From a virus: 64,000 nt of DNA. The notes below the pieces were generated by a model. It saw nothing but the letters and a program-made list of their open reading frames with translations. It was not told the DNA's origin and did no database searches. The DNA is taken from positions 96,001-160,000 of IMG/VR virus record IMGVR_UViG_3300046517_002960; one strand, 5' to 3'. This document shows positions 1 through 9,289 of the stretch, one piece after another (the first letter of the stretch is position 1; the number at the start of each line of letters is the position of its first letter). The position numbers and the translations under genes were made by a program.

Positions 1-2
1 CG

Positions 3-83
3 TTCTTCAAGGGTCCGACCGGCAAGCCGATCATCACCCCGGCGGACCGCAAGAAGCGCACAGTGTGGAAGTTGAAAAGATAG
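3..83 (+). CDS. 3' end of a hypothetical protein entering from outside the window
   Basis: Open frame FFKGPTGKPIITPADRKKRTVWKLKR* ends at TAG 81-83, overlapping the RBS motif of the next gene. Confidence 0.5.
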   Translation, partial: FFKGPTGKPIITPADRKKRTVWKLKR

Positions 84-95
84 GACAGGAGACAG
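83..95 (+). promoter_or_regulatory. start-associated extended RBS motif GGACAGGAGACAG (also 1513-1525, 3529-3540, 3826-3838, 5073-5085)
   Basis: Five near-identical copies, each 1-3 nt before an ATG. Confidence 0.75.
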
Positions 96-96
96 C

Positions 97-576
97 ATGC
101 ACGAGGTGACTGCGCACTACGAGGCCGGCAGCGGCATCCGCCCGCCACGCAAGTCCGGCAGGTTCCGCGCCGTGGCGCGCGAGGTCGTGCCGGGTGGCGG
201 CCTGGAGCTGTGGCACTGCGAGCACGATCACGCGCCCGGCGTCCGCGACGTCCGCCAGGCTAGCGAGGAACAGCGCGTTTCGGCGCAGGCCTGTGCCCTG
301 GCCTGGCTGGCCAGGCAGATCGAAGACGGCCACCTGTACGCGATGCCGGCCTGGCGCGAGGGCGAGAACGAGCCCGAGCCCCTGGTGATCGAGCTGGAGG
401 CTGCTGACCCGGCGCTGAGCGAGATCATCGTGAAGTACCGGGCGCTGATCACCGCGGAACGCCATTACCGGCAGCTGAACCGCGAGGTGGCGGTGCTGTT
501 CATCACGCTGGACGAGCGCCAGAAGGCCGCCTACATCGCCGCCACGGAGCGGATCGACAACGAGGACAGGGCATGA
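97..576 (+). CDS. hypothetical phage protein
   Basis: ATG after GGACAGGAGACAG; ATGA overlap with next gene. Confidence 0.75.
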   Translation: MHEVTAHYEAGSGIRPPRKSGRFRAVAREVVPGGGLELWHCEHDHAPGVRDVRQASEEQRVSAQACALAWLARQIEDGHLYAMPAWREGENEPEPLVIELEAADPALSEIIVKYRALITAERHYRQLNREVAVLFITLDERQKAAYIAATERIDNEDRA

Positions 577-887
577 GCACGGACGACGCAGGCGGCCTGT
601 TCCTGCGTGAGCGGATCCGGGTCCGGGGCGAGGGCGACTGGGCGCGTCTCCAGGTTCCCGATGCGGTCGCGCCCGGCGTCGTGCTGCTTCAGCGGCTCGG
701 CCCGGATGACGAACGGGGCCGGTGCCGGTTCGCCGCGTTCTGGCACGGCCGCCGTCCCGGTACCCCGCCGCAGGCACCCCCGGTCAGCGGTGAGGTGTAC
801 CTGGCTGACCTGAGCTCATTTGCTGCCAGGGAACACGGTGACTGGGGTCACGTCGTGCTGAGCTGGCCGGACGGGGGACGGCTGTGA
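573..887 (+). CDS. hypothetical phage protein
   Basis: 4-nt overlaps with both neighbours. Confidence 0.7.
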   Translation: MSTDDAGGLFLRERIRVRGEGDWARLQVPDAVAPGVVLLQRLGPDDERGRCRFAAFWHGRRPGTPPQAPPVSGEVYLADLSSFAAREHGDWGHVVLSWPDGGRL

Positions 888-1207
888 GCAGCCGGACGGA
901 CCTGATCGCGCGGCTACCCTGGGTGACCCGGCTGGAGCAGACGCAGGACTGCGACGGCTACCGGTGGTCGCACATGCCCGGCAAGGCGCTGCGGGACCGG
1001 GCGCTGTTCGACCGGTACCGGTGCAAGGCCCGGGCCAGGTGGATGTTCCGCGGACTGCGCGGCACCGGCCTGGACGCTGATGACGGGGTGTTCTGCTGGC
1101 AGCACCTGCTGGTCCAGCTGCGGTCCAGCCCGGCGGAGACGGAGCGCGCAGAACGTGAGCTCGGCCGGCTCTCGGAGCAGGGCACGCCGATGGACCAGGG
1201 GCACTGA
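884..1207 (+). CDS. hypothetical protein with Cys pairs
   Basis: Coupled GTG start; DCDG, RCK, FCWQH could bind metal. Confidence 0.7.
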   Translation: MSSRTDLIARLPWVTRLEQTQDCDGYRWSHMPGKALRDRALFDRYRCKARARWMFRGLRGTGLDADDGVFCWQHLLVQLRSSPAETERAERELGRLSEQGTPMDQGH

Positions 1208-1536
1208 TGTCTGTCATGTATACTTCAAGAGACAGCAAGGCAGGAGGCGGGATGCCGCAGGAGGAGGCGGGCCTGAGCGAAGTCCAGGCGCAGATGCTGG
1301 CCGTGCTGGACCGGCTCGGCGCGCATGACGCGGGCCTGTCCGTCAGCACGAAGCAGGCAGCCCGGGAAGCCGGCCGGTCAGTGACGGTAGCTGGGCATGC
1401 GCTGCACGTACTGCGCCGGCTGGACCTGGCCGGATGGGCAGCCGCGCCCGGCGGCCGGTCGGACTACTGGCTCACCACGGCAGGCCTGGAGCTGGCACGA
1501 TCACGGAAGACAGGACAGGAGACAGGACATGGCTGA
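1207..1536 (+). CDS. winged helix-turn-helix-like DNA-binding protein
   Basis: STKQAAREAGRSVTVAGHALHVLRRLDL followed by a wing-like YWLT; real start may be ATG 1252. Confidence 0.5.
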   Translation: MSVMYTSRDSKAGGGMPQEEAGLSEVQAQMLAVLDRLGAHDAGLSVSTKQAAREAGRSVTVAGHALHVLRRLDLAGWAAAPGGRSDYWLTTAGLELARSRKTGQETGHG

Positions 1537-1936
1537 TACAGCACAGAGCATCGCAGGCGCCCGCAAGCGGCGCCTGTCCGCGGCGAAGCGGTCGCTGAAG
1601 CTGGTCCGGGACGTAGCGGACCAGCATGCCGGGCTGCTGGAGTCCGGCCAGGTGCCTGAGGCGGACTTCGTCACCAGCGCGGTCAAGTACGCCCAGGCCC
1701 TGGGTGAGCTGCGGCTGCTGGACATGATCACCGAGGGCGGTGAGAACGGGGCTGACGGCGTGATCGAGCTGGAGTCCGGGGACGTGGCTGCCCTGCTCGA
1801 GACCGTCCAGGCGTTCGTCCCGGCCGGCGTGCTGGCCGCGCTGCCCCCGCTGGCCCGGGTGAGCGCCGCAATCTCCGGCCAGCCGGAAGATCCCGCCGGG
1901 CCTGAGCCTGAGCCCGCGCAGGAGCAGGGCCAGTAG
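1529..1936 (+). CDS. hypothetical helical protein
   Basis: ATG after GGACAGGAGACAG motif; MADTAQSIAG... Confidence 0.7.
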   Translation: MADTAQSIAGARKRRLSAAKRSLKLVRDVADQHAGLLESGQVPEADFVTSAVKYAQALGELRLLDMITEGGENGADGVIELESGDVAALLETVQAFVPAGVLAALPPLARVSAAISGQPEDPAGPEPEPAQEQGQ

Positions 1937-1938
1937 CC

Positions 1939-2316
1939 ATGGCGAAGGTCAAGGTCACCGCGTACCTGAAGGAACGGGAAGGGCGGGAAGTCCCGTACGC
2001 GGAGCTGGCCGCCGCCGGGCTGGCTCCGTCTGAGGCCACGCTGCAAGCTGACCTGGCCCGGCTGGCAGCAGATCCGCGCAGCGGCGTCAGCCGCCCCGGG
2101 GCAGGCCGGCAGCCGGGGAGAAGGCGGCCCGCCCGGTACGACACCCCGGTCCCGCCGCCCGAGCCGCAGTACGTCATGCTGCGGCTGGTCGGGCAGAGCG
2201 CGGCCGGGAACGGCCTGGCGGCAGATGACGGTACCGGGCGCCTGTACGAGATCGTCCCGGCGGGCCGCCTGGATTCTGCTGCTATCCAGCGGCTGGGGCT
2301 GAACGGGCATGGCTGA
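1939..2316 (+). CDS. HTH-like hypothetical protein
   Basis: YAELAAAGLAPSEATLQADLARL resembles a winged HTH; coupled to neighbours. Confidence 0.55.
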   Translation: MAKVKVTAYLKEREGREVPYAELAAAGLAPSEATLQADLARLAADPRSGVSRPGAGRQPGRRRPARYDTPVPPPEPQYVMLRLVGQSAAGNGLAADDGTGRLYEIVPAGRLDSAAIQRLGLNGHG

Positions 2317-2641
2317 CTGGCGCTATGCCTACCCGTCGGAAATCGCCCGGGAGCTGGCCCGCGAGATCACCCGCCGCCGCCGTGCCCTGGATGACGAGGC
2401 CGCGGCCCGGGCCAGGGCACGCCAGCGCGGATCGCGGCGCCCGCCTGGCCGGGGCGTGCAGCACATCATCGCGGACCGCCGCGTCACGGACGGCATGGTG
2501 CTCGCGCTGTCCTGGCTGATCGGCTGCCCGGACACGCCGTGGCAGGCCGAGCGGTTCATCACGGAGCAGGGCCGGCATCGGTGGAAGACCGGGCACCCCG
2601 GCACCGGGCAGGACCAGGATCACGATCAGGAGAAGACATGA
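2309..2641 (+). CDS. hypothetical protein
   Basis: Overlapping start and stop with neighbours. Confidence 0.65.
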   Translation: MADWRYAYPSEIARELAREITRRRRALDDEAAARARARQRGSRRPPGRGVQHIIADRRVTDGMVLALSWLIGCPDTPWQAERFITEQGRHRWKTGHPGTGQDQDHDQEKT

Positions 2642-2871
2642 CCGCATCAGGTCGCAGCACGCAGCTGCTGGAAGCCGCCGCCGCGGCACTGGACGACGGG
2701 CAGATCCCGCTCACGGACCCGTTCCTGTCCGAGCACGAGGTCACGCTTGACGAGGCGTACAGCCTCGCGGACAAGCTGGCCCTCGGCGCCCGCATCGTCG
2801 CCCGCGGCCTGGCCGATCCCCGGTCCCCCGAGGGCCAGGCCGTGCTCATGACGATGGTGAGGGACGCATGA
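2638..2871 (+). CDS. hypothetical protein
   Basis: ATG after CAGGAG; ATGA coupling. Confidence 0.7.
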   Translation: MTASGRSTQLLEAAAAALDDGQIPLTDPFLSEHEVTLDEAYSLADKLALGARIVARGLADPRSPEGQAVLMTMVRDA

Positions 2872-3200
2872 AGATGGAGCAGGCGGTCACGCTGACCCTG
2901 ACCGAGGCCGAGTGCCGCGAGTACTGCCAGCAGCTGGCCGAGGCCGAGAGCATCATCCGGGCCGACCCGCTGGATCACGGCAACACCCGGACCGGGCTGA
3001 CCGTGCTGCGGGACCTGCGGGACCTGTTCGAGCGGCACGGGCTCGGCATCCGGCAGCAGCAGCTCGAGGCCGGGGAGCAGTACAGGGCCAGCCTGCTGCC
3101 GCCGCCCGCTCCGCCGCTGCCGTTCCCGTACCAGCCGCAGCCGCCATCCTGGGCGCCCGCTCAGCCGCAGGGGTACCCGGGAACGGGAGGCCGGACATGA
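2868..3200 (+). CDS. hypothetical protein, Pro/Gln-rich C-terminus
   Basis: ATGA coupling at both ends. Confidence 0.7.
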   Translation: MKMEQAVTLTLTEAECREYCQQLAEAESIIRADPLDHGNTRTGLTVLRDLRDLFERHGLGIRQQQLEAGEQYRASLLPPPAPPLPFPYQPQPPSWAPAQPQGYPGTGGRT

Positions 3201-3547
3201 CAGGTTACCTGGGCCGGCCGGAGCACCCGGATTTCTGGCTGCTCTCGCAGCAGGCCCTGGACAACGATGCCGCCGCGGACTCCGGCCAGGACATCGGCGA
3301 TATCCTCGGCCGCCAGCTGGACCCGGACTCGGTGTTCTACATGGCCACGCAGCGTGCCGCCCGGATAATGGCGCAGGCGCGCGGCCCGGCTGGCGTCGCG
3401 CTCGCCGCGGCCTGGATCGACGGGCTGATGACGGGGATCGGGTTCCAGCACGCGAAGGCCGCGGCGGAACCCGGCGGCATGCGGACGGGCAGCACGACGG
3501 TCTGGGCGCGCATCCCCGGTGACGAGGGAACAGGAGACAGCACATGA
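3197..3547 (+). CDS. hypothetical protein
   Basis: ATG after GGGAGG; MTGYLGRPEHPDFW... Confidence 0.7.
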   Translation: MTGYLGRPEHPDFWLLSQQALDNDAAADSGQDIGDILGRQLDPDSVFYMATQRAARIMAQARGPAGVALAAAWIDGLMTGIGFQHAKAAAEPGGMRTGSTTVWARIPGDEGTGDST

Positions 3548-3849
3548 CGCAGGCGGACCCGCGGTGGATCGCGGCCGGGAACCTGTTCGACGCGCGGGTG
3601 GGCCGGCAGCCGTACTGGGCGATGTTCTCCGCCGCCCGGGCCAGGATCCGGTCCGCGGTCCAGGCCGCCGCGGTCGGGCTCAGCTCCACCTACGGCGACG
3701 CGGACGCCACCCTGGCGCATGAGGTGGGCACGTTCGTGTATCGGTCGCAGCTGAACGAGGCCGGCGTGGGCTTGCTAGCCCAGTGCCGGTCCATCGCGCG
3801 CAGCGCAGCGCGAGCAGGAACACAGGGACAGGAGACAGCGCATGAATGA
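3544..3849 (+). CDS. hypothetical protein
   Basis: ATG after AACAGGAGACAG. Confidence 0.7.
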   Translation: MTQADPRWIAAGNLFDARVGRQPYWAMFSAARARIRSAVQAAAVGLSSTYGDADATLAHEVGTFVYRSQLNEAGVGLLAQCRSIARSAARAGTQGQETAHE

Positions 3850-4114
3850 CAGCGAGCCGCTTGCGGCCCGGGTAACCTGGGCGGTCACGGACTGGGCCGA
3901 GCGGCGCGGCAGCTGGTGGCCGGCGGTCGCCGGGCTGCTGGCCATGCTCATCATCTACGCCATCGGGACCGGGGCCTGGTGGGCCTGGGCGCTGACCGCG
4001 CTGGGCCTGGCCATGACCGCGATCCGGCCCGCCGGGACATCGCTGCGCGGCTACTTCCTGGTCACCGCCGGCCGGCAGGCGCTGCGAGCTCAGCAGGAGG
4101 CAGACCGTGACTGA
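3842..4114 (+). CDS. two-TM membrane protein
   Basis: Two hydrophobic stretches; ATG after GGACAGGAGACAG. Confidence 0.7.
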   Translation: MNDSEPLAARVTWAVTDWAERRGSWWPAVAGLLAMLIIYAIGTGAWWAWALTALGLAMTAIRPAGTSLRGYFLVTAGRQALRAQQEADRD

Positions 4115-4802
4115 CGAGGAGCGGATCGCAGCGAAGGCGCTGGAGCTGCTGACCGAGCAGGGCCTGGACGAGCGGGATACCGCGGGCCGGGACGGGTATC
4201 CGGAGTACGCCATCAGGAAGGCGGTTACCGGGATCGCCGGCGGCGGGGAGCGGGCCGCGCTGGCGCAGCTCATCGGGATGGTGGCAGCCAGCCCGGCCGC
4301 GGTAGGCCGGCTGACCGCGCAGTGCATGGAGATCATCCAGCAGGCCCGGCACGCGGCGTTCGCCGGCAACACCGGGTGGGAGTGGGACGAGGACGACAGG
4401 CAGTGGGCAGCCTGGCGCGGCGGGGCGAAGATCGTCGCCCGGTACCCCCGCGACCGGATGCCGCCCCTGCGGGCCGACTGGCTCGGCATTCAGCTGACCG
4501 GCGAGAGCTGGCACGGCGTAGTCGCCCGGGGGCGCATGGAGAACCCGGGCGAGAAGGCCCTGCCCTGGAACCGGCCCGTCCTCGCCGAGATCCCGGTGCG
4601 GCCTGGCACCGAAGACTGGTACACGGGCCTGCGCGGCCGGGTATACCTGGGCATGCTGTGCTCACCGTGCGGCCGGACGGACTCCCGGGTGTGCCTGCAG
4701 CCGCAGACCGTCCTGCAGTCCTCGGAGACGCAGTGCGTGCCAGTCGACCCGGATCATGTCCGGCTCATCGTGCTGGACGGCAAGCTGGCGGACTACGCGT
4801 AG
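4107..4802 (+). CDS. hypothetical protein
   Basis: GTG after CAGGAGG; 231 aa, CSPC motif. Confidence 0.7.
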   Translation: MTDEERIAAKALELLTEQGLDERDTAGRDGYPEYAIRKAVTGIAGGGERAALAQLIGMVAASPAAVGRLTAQCMEIIQQARHAAFAGNTGWEWDEDDRQWAAWRGGAKIVARYPRDRMPPLRADWLGIQLTGESWHGVVARGRMENPGEKALPWNRPVLAEIPVRPGTEDWYTGLRGRVYLGMLCSPCGRTDSRVCLQPQTVLQSSETQCVPVDPDHVRLIVLDGKLADYA

Positions 4803-4810
4803 GAGGGCCG

Positions 4811-5068
4811 GTGAGCAGGAAGGCACCCGGGGTCATCATCGTCCTCCGGAACGGCGCTGATGAGCCAGAGGTGCTGCGCTTCCTGCCGGATACCGCCGAG
4901 GCGCGGCATGTCAAGGTAACCGCCTTCCCGGACGGCGACCTGATCGTGGCGCTGCGCCTCGGCCGGGTGATCAGGCGCCGCGGGCCGGGCGAGTGGACCG
5001 GGTACAGCTTCGACCTGATGAAGCGCCGGGCTGGCGACCGGCCGCCGCGGACACCCGCGGACGAATGA
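4811..5068 (+). CDS. hypothetical protein
   Basis: GTG after AGGAGG; MSRKAPGVIIVLRN... Confidence 0.6.
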   Translation: MSRKAPGVIIVLRNGADEPEVLRFLPDTAEARHVKVTAFPDGDLIVALRLGRVIRRRGPGEWTGYSFDLMKRRAGDRPPRTPADE

Positions 5069-5088
5069 AGACGGACAGGAGACACGGC

Positions 5089-5535
5089 ATGGCACAGGCA
5101 GACGGCAAGCCGGTATGGGTGTTCACGCTCGAAGTGCGGGTACCTGAGGAAGGCGACGGTGAGGAGCAGGCCCGGCGCAAGCTGGCTTATCACCTGGACC
5201 CGCTGGACTGGTCCGATAAGGGCCACTGGATCACCATCAAGGGCGAGTGGCGGGGGCAGCGCCGCCTTCCGGCCCTGGACGACACCGAGCCGGTGCCCGG
5301 CGAGCGGTACGAGCTGGTGCACGTGGAGGACCTGCGGCCAGGCGACCAGATTTACCTGATGGCCCGGCGCAGGCTCGTCATGGCCGAGCCCTACCACCCG
5401 GAGGAGATGCGCCCGGAGCTGCTGCGCATCCCGGTGTCCGGCGCCGTGCCGGGGGAAATGAAGATGGCGCCGCCGTTCGAACGGGATCACCTGGTGCCCC
5501 GGCTGCTGGCGGGTTACGCACAGGAGGCCCGGTGA
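5089..5535 (+). CDS. hypothetical protein
   Basis: ATG after GGACAGGAGACAC. Confidence 0.7.
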   Translation: MAQADGKPVWVFTLEVRVPEEGDGEEQARRKLAYHLDPLDWSDKGHWITIKGEWRGQRRLPALDDTEPVPGERYELVHVEDLRPGDQIYLMARRRLVMAEPYHPEEMRPELLRIPVSGAVPGEMKMAPPFERDHLVPRLLAGYAQEAR

Positions 5536-5969
5536 GCGCGTCGTTCACCTGCCCGCGCTGCGGGACGACATCGCATAACCCGCGAGATGCCGGGGAGGGC
5601 TACTGCGGCGCCTGCCGTGACTGGACCCGGGGCGAGACCGTCCGGGCCGGCAGCGGCGTCGTCACGCAGGCGCAGCAGGACTGGGGACCGGAGGTCTCCC
5701 CGGATCACTACCCGTACGACGGCTGCTGCGAGCTCCCCGCCGAGCAGCACCCGCTGACCCCGGACGAGGCGCGGGAACGGCGCGAGTGGGGCGAGACCGA
5801 GCCCGGGCTGCGGCAGCGGCTGGCATTCCGCGAGGAGGCGTTCGCCCGGCTGGAGGGGCTGGGCGCGCACCCGGTCCTGCTGGCGAACCAGCGGCGGCTG
5901 GTCAATGAGGTGCGCCGTGAGCTCGGCATGCCGGTGATGGAAGGCGAGGAGTGGGGCCATGGTGGCTGA
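5532..5969 (+). CDS. zinc-ribbon hypothetical protein
   Basis: GTG after CAGGAGG; CPRC...CGAC. Confidence 0.65.
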   Translation: MSASFTCPRCGTTSHNPRDAGEGYCGACRDWTRGETVRAGSGVVTQAQQDWGPEVSPDHYPYDGCCELPAEQHPLTPDEARERREWGETEPGLRQRLAFREEAFARLEGLGAHPVLLANQRRLVNEVRRELGMPVMEGEEWGHGG

Positions 5970-6360
5970 GTCGCAGCCGGTGCATCAGGTCTCGCCCCTG
6001 CTGAGCGCTGAGCACGAGTACCGCTGCTCCTGCGGCCGGGAGTTCACGTCCATGTTCGCGATCGTCGCCTGCCCGGACGCCCCGGAAAAGCCGCTGCCGC
6101 TGGCCGGCCGCGACGTGGTGCTGATCCGGAACCTGGCGAGGGCGATGCGCAGCCAGGGCGGGCGCGGGCACGGGGTCACGCCGCTGACCGCGACGCCGGA
6201 CCGCCGCGGGTACTGGTTCGAGGTGCACCTGACCGAGGACAGGCAGCCCACCGGCCGGGTCGCGCGGGTCACCGTGACCCTGGACCGGGTGTACCGGTAC
6301 TGCGCCACCCACGGCCGGCAGCACGACGATGACGGCGACCCCACCTGCCGGTGGGAATGA
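5959..6360 (+). CDS. hypothetical protein with Cys/His clusters
   Basis: CSCG, CATH, PTCRW; coupled to upstream gene. Confidence 0.6.
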   Translation: MVAESQPVHQVSPLLSAEHEYRCSCGREFTSMFAIVACPDAPEKPLPLAGRDVVLIRNLARAMRSQGGRGHGVTPLTATPDRRGYWFEVHLTEDRQPTGRVARVTVTLDRVYRYCATHGRQHDDDGDPTCRWE

Positions 6361-6397
6361 TGAACCGCGACTGGCCCGGGAAGCCGGAGGCCATGCC

Positions 6398-6772
6398 GTG
6401 ACGGACACGGAGATCAGCCGCTGGTGGTACCTGGACCTGGCCGCGGAGTTCCCGGAGCTGGAGATCCACACGGGCGGCTGGGGGCCGGAGCAGGAGCTGG
6501 CCGATATCGAGCTGGGTGACCGGGTGACGACGGAGGAGGCGCTGTGGCTGTTCACCTGGATCTATTCCGAGCCCAGGGACCGGCACTGGGCGGCGGTCAG
6601 CGGCATGGTCCGGATGGTATGCGACCGGATCCGCCGGGACCGGCCGCTGGCGGAGAAGATCCTGGCCGTCCTGGCCGGCGAGGACCCGGACCAGATCCCG
6701 GTGACCCGGGCTGAGATCCCGGACGGCTGGTACCCCGACGTGGAAGCTTGGGAGGCCGGGCGGCTGCCATGA
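6398..6772 (+). CDS. hypothetical protein
   Basis: GTG after GGAGG; acidic, Trp-rich. Confidence 0.65.
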   Translation: MTDTEISRWWYLDLAAEFPELEIHTGGWGPEQELADIELGDRVTTEEALWLFTWIYSEPRDRHWAAVSGMVRMVCDRIRRDRPLAEKILAVLAGEDPDQIPVTRAEIPDGWYPDVEAWEAGRLP

Positions 6773-6954
6773 CCGAGACGCACCGGGTGACTATCTACGT
6801 GCCGCCTGCGCTGCATTCCCGGCTGTGGATCCTGCCGCCGCGCACCATCAGCCGGATCTGCCAGGCCGCGCTGCTCGCCGCGGTGGAGCAGGCCGAGCGG
6901 GAGCACGAGGAGGCCATGGCGGCCGGGCTGGACGACGCGTTCGCGGAAGACTGA
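6769..6954 (+). CDS. ribbon-helix-helix-like small regulator
   Basis: HRVTIYVPPALHSRL...ISRICQAALLAAVEQ fits strand-helix-helix pattern. Confidence 0.45.
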   Translation: MTETHRVTIYVPPALHSRLWILPPRTISRICQAALLAAVEQAEREHEEAMAAGLDDAFAED

Positions 6955-7033
6955 CGGGCTGTCGTGACTGAAACGTATACAAGGTACGGACCCTGGAAAT
7001 TTGCTGAAAGCGAGTATCGGCCGGTATCAGGTC

Positions 7034-7062
7034 TTGAGCGGTTGACGCGGCCCGCGTAAGGT
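7034..7062 (+). promoter_or_regulatory. sigma70/HrdB-type promoter
   Basis: TTGAGC-N17-TAAGGT; same -10 hexamer at 53314 and 58974. Confidence 0.5.
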
Positions 7063-7415
7063 TCGTGCGTGATGGGTCACGAACCTGGGCACGGGCCGCC
7101 CAGCAAGGGGCTTGCCACCGTCTGGCGCGCTCTCCCCGCTAGGCCGTGAGGCGTAGTGTGCGCGGGCTGGTCCGAGCCCGGGCCGAGGAGCCTGCAATTC
7201 CAGGCGCGGTGGGTCACCCCGGCTAGTTCGTCAACCGCACACGGCAGCTTACGCCGTCAAGCGTCTACCGGGTAGTAGGCGCGGCATGAGGATTCGCTGA
7301 ATGTTCGCGGATAATGACCCGGGTCGGCACGATTAGTTACGGCGCGCAAGCGAACTAACTGCGAAGTAACTGCCTGTGACCGGCTGACAGCTCTGCTTAA
7401 CGGCCGGGTTCCTGC

Positions 7416-9113
7416 CTAGATGATCCGGAGAGCCGCCGTAGGTGTCCAAGAGCCGCCCCAGGTGTGCCAGCCGACCAGCGTGCCGGGTTTGAGGGCACCG
7501 AAGCTGCCGTGCGGCAGGCCCGTAGCGAACTCTACGTGCCCAGGACCGAAGAACAGCAGGTCACCTCGTTTAACCCGGCTGAGTGAGATAGCCGTCAGAT
7601 GCGGGCTCCCGGCTAGCATCGCGAATGTCGTGCGCGGCAGGGAGACCCCGAGAGCAGCCCGGGCTGAAGCGAAGATCAAGCCCGAGCAGTCATAGCCCGT
7701 CCTGCCGGCCCCGCCCCACACGTACGGCGTCCCGGTAGCGTTGCGCTCGGCCCAGTTCAGCGCCGCGTTCCCGGCCGCGCTGCCGCCGGAAGCAGGCTCA
7801 GCCGGGGTGCGCAGCGCCGTCGTCACGGCCGTGGCCGCGGGAGGCACCGCCGGGGACGGGCTGCCGGACGGCGCGGGAGGCACCGCCGGGGACGGGCTGC
7901 CGGACGGCGCGGGAGGCACCGCCGGCGCTGCCCCGGCGGCCGGGGTGCCGAACAGCGGGCAGTTCAGGTTGGCCAGCGAGGCGGTCAGCCGCTGCTTCAG
8001 GAACTCGTTCAGGGTCAGCCCCGGCACGATCGGCTGCGGGCCGGTCTCGAGCGGGGCGTCCAGTGCCAGCCGGGCGGGCGCCAGCGCGGCCAGGTGATCA
8101 CAGAAGCCCTTTGCCTCCGCAGCCAGGTCGCCCGTTACCGCCGGCTGGCCCACCCCGGCCCGGTACGCGTTCGTCTTGACCGCGGACAGGTTCGCTGCGG
8201 TCGGCGGGCTGCCGTTAGCGCCCGTCGTGGTCATCGGGTCGTTGGGCGGGACCAGCGCCACGCCGTCCGGGGACGGGTTCGCCGCGGCCAGCAGCTCGTT
8301 CAGGCCCTGCGCGGTGACGCTGCGGCCGGGGCTGGCCAGGTCCGGCGCGGTGAACGGGGTGCAGCCCAGGGCCGGGTCCACGAACCCGTCGACCAGCCCG
8401 TTGTCGGACGGATTGCGGATCACCGTGGCGCCGGGCAGCGCGGCCTCGTTCGCCGCGGTGTCCTGCGCGGTCCGGCCGTCCGCGGTGGCCAGGTACCTGG
8501 TGGTCACGTTGTCGGACGGGTCCTGGTCGACCAGGGTGAAGTCCCGCACGGTCGGGCAGGGCTTGCCGTCCTTCCCGGTGCCGAGCGGCGGGACGGGAGT
8601 GTGCCGGGCTGCTGCCGCGGCGAAGAACGCGGGCGCGTTCGCGTACGCGACCTGGCCGAATTGCGACCCGGCCGCGCCCTGGGTGAACGCCCCGGCGCCG
8701 GGGCCTTGCAGGGTGAGCACGGTGCCGTCGAACCCGGTCCAGATCGCCACCACGGACCCGGCCGGGAGGACCGGCACGACCGGGGCGGCAGCCGGCTTCT
8801 TGTTCACGTCGGTCACCAGCGGGTTGTAGACGGATGGCGCCCCGTCCGGTCCGATGATCGCGGCCTGCACGAACGCCCCGGTAGCGGGATCCGCCTCGGT
8901 GCACCCGGCCTCGGGGACCAGCCGGTAAGGGGCGGCCAGCCCGGCGGCCGTCAGCGGGTTCGCCGGGACGATCAGCTTGCAGTTCCCGGACCCCGGCGGG
9001 TCAGCCCGGGCCGCGGGCGCAGTGACGGCCGCCGCTGTCAGGCAGGCGGCCAGGACGGCAAGGACGGCCGGGATGGCTGCTCGCCGCCGGGCGCGGGGTC
9101 GGGGCAGGTGCAT
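7416..9113 (-). CDS. secreted protein: unknown Cys-containing N-terminal domain fused to NlpC/P60 peptidase
   Basis: Signal peptide; C-terminal PYVWGG-GYDCSG-GHV signature. Confidence 0.8.
   Translation of the reverse strand: MHLPRPRARRRAAIPAVLAVLAACLTAAAVTAPAARADPPGSGNCKLIVPANPLTAAGLAAPYRLVPEAGCTEADPATGAFVQAAIIGPDGAPSVYNPLVTDVNKKPAAAPVVPVLPAGSVVAIWTGFDGTVLTLQGPGAGAFTQGAAGSQFGQVAYANAPAFFAAAAARHTPVPPLGTGKDGKPCPTVRDFTLVDQDPSDNVTTRYLATADGRTAQDTAANEAALPGATVIRNPSDNGLVDGFVDPALGCTPFTAPDLASPGRSVTAQGLNELLAAANPSPDGVALVPPNDPMTTTGANGSPPTAANLSAVKTNAYRAGVGQPAVTGDLAAEAKGFCDHLAALAPARLALDAPLETGPQPIVPGLTLNEFLKQRLTASLANLNCPLFGTPAAGAAPAVPPAPSGSPSPAVPPAPSGSPSPAVPPAATAVTTALRTPAEPASGGSAAGNAALNWAERNATGTPYVWGGAGRTGYDCSGLIFASARAALGVSLPRTTFAMLAGSPHLTAISLSRVKRGDLLFFGPGHVEFATGLPHGSFGALKPGTLVGWHTWGGSWTPTAALRII
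7837..7925. repeat. 36-bp tandem repeat (about 2.4 copies) encoding a Pro/Ser linker
   Basis: GCGGGAGGCACCGCCGGGGACGGGCTGCCGGACGGC repeated; encodes AVPPAPSGSPSP. Confidence 0.85.
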
Positions 9114-9289
9114 GGATGTTCCCTCCTGGGTTCGTGCCGGACCAGAATCCGGCCGGGCTGGCCGCCAGCGCGTACGCGGCGGGAGCTGTCACGGCTGCCA
9201 GCAGCAGGGCGACCGCGGCGCCGAGTTTCCGGGCCGCGCGCAGCTGCCGGGAAACCCGGATGGCGTGCCGGAGCCGGAGCCGGGCGTGT

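Noticed and set aside
7069-7149. Short leaderless ORF MGHEPGHGPPSKGLATVWRALPARP after the 7034 promoter
   Set aside because: Only 25-26 codons with no motif or other support; not called.
7165-7385. GGCTGGTCCGAG, matching the 5' end of vertebrate Y RNAs
   Set aside because: It folds locally (GGGCT/AGCCC), the distant complement is weak and lacks the bulged-C helix, and it does not match the scaffold of the six units by rsr; likely chance in GC-rich DNA.
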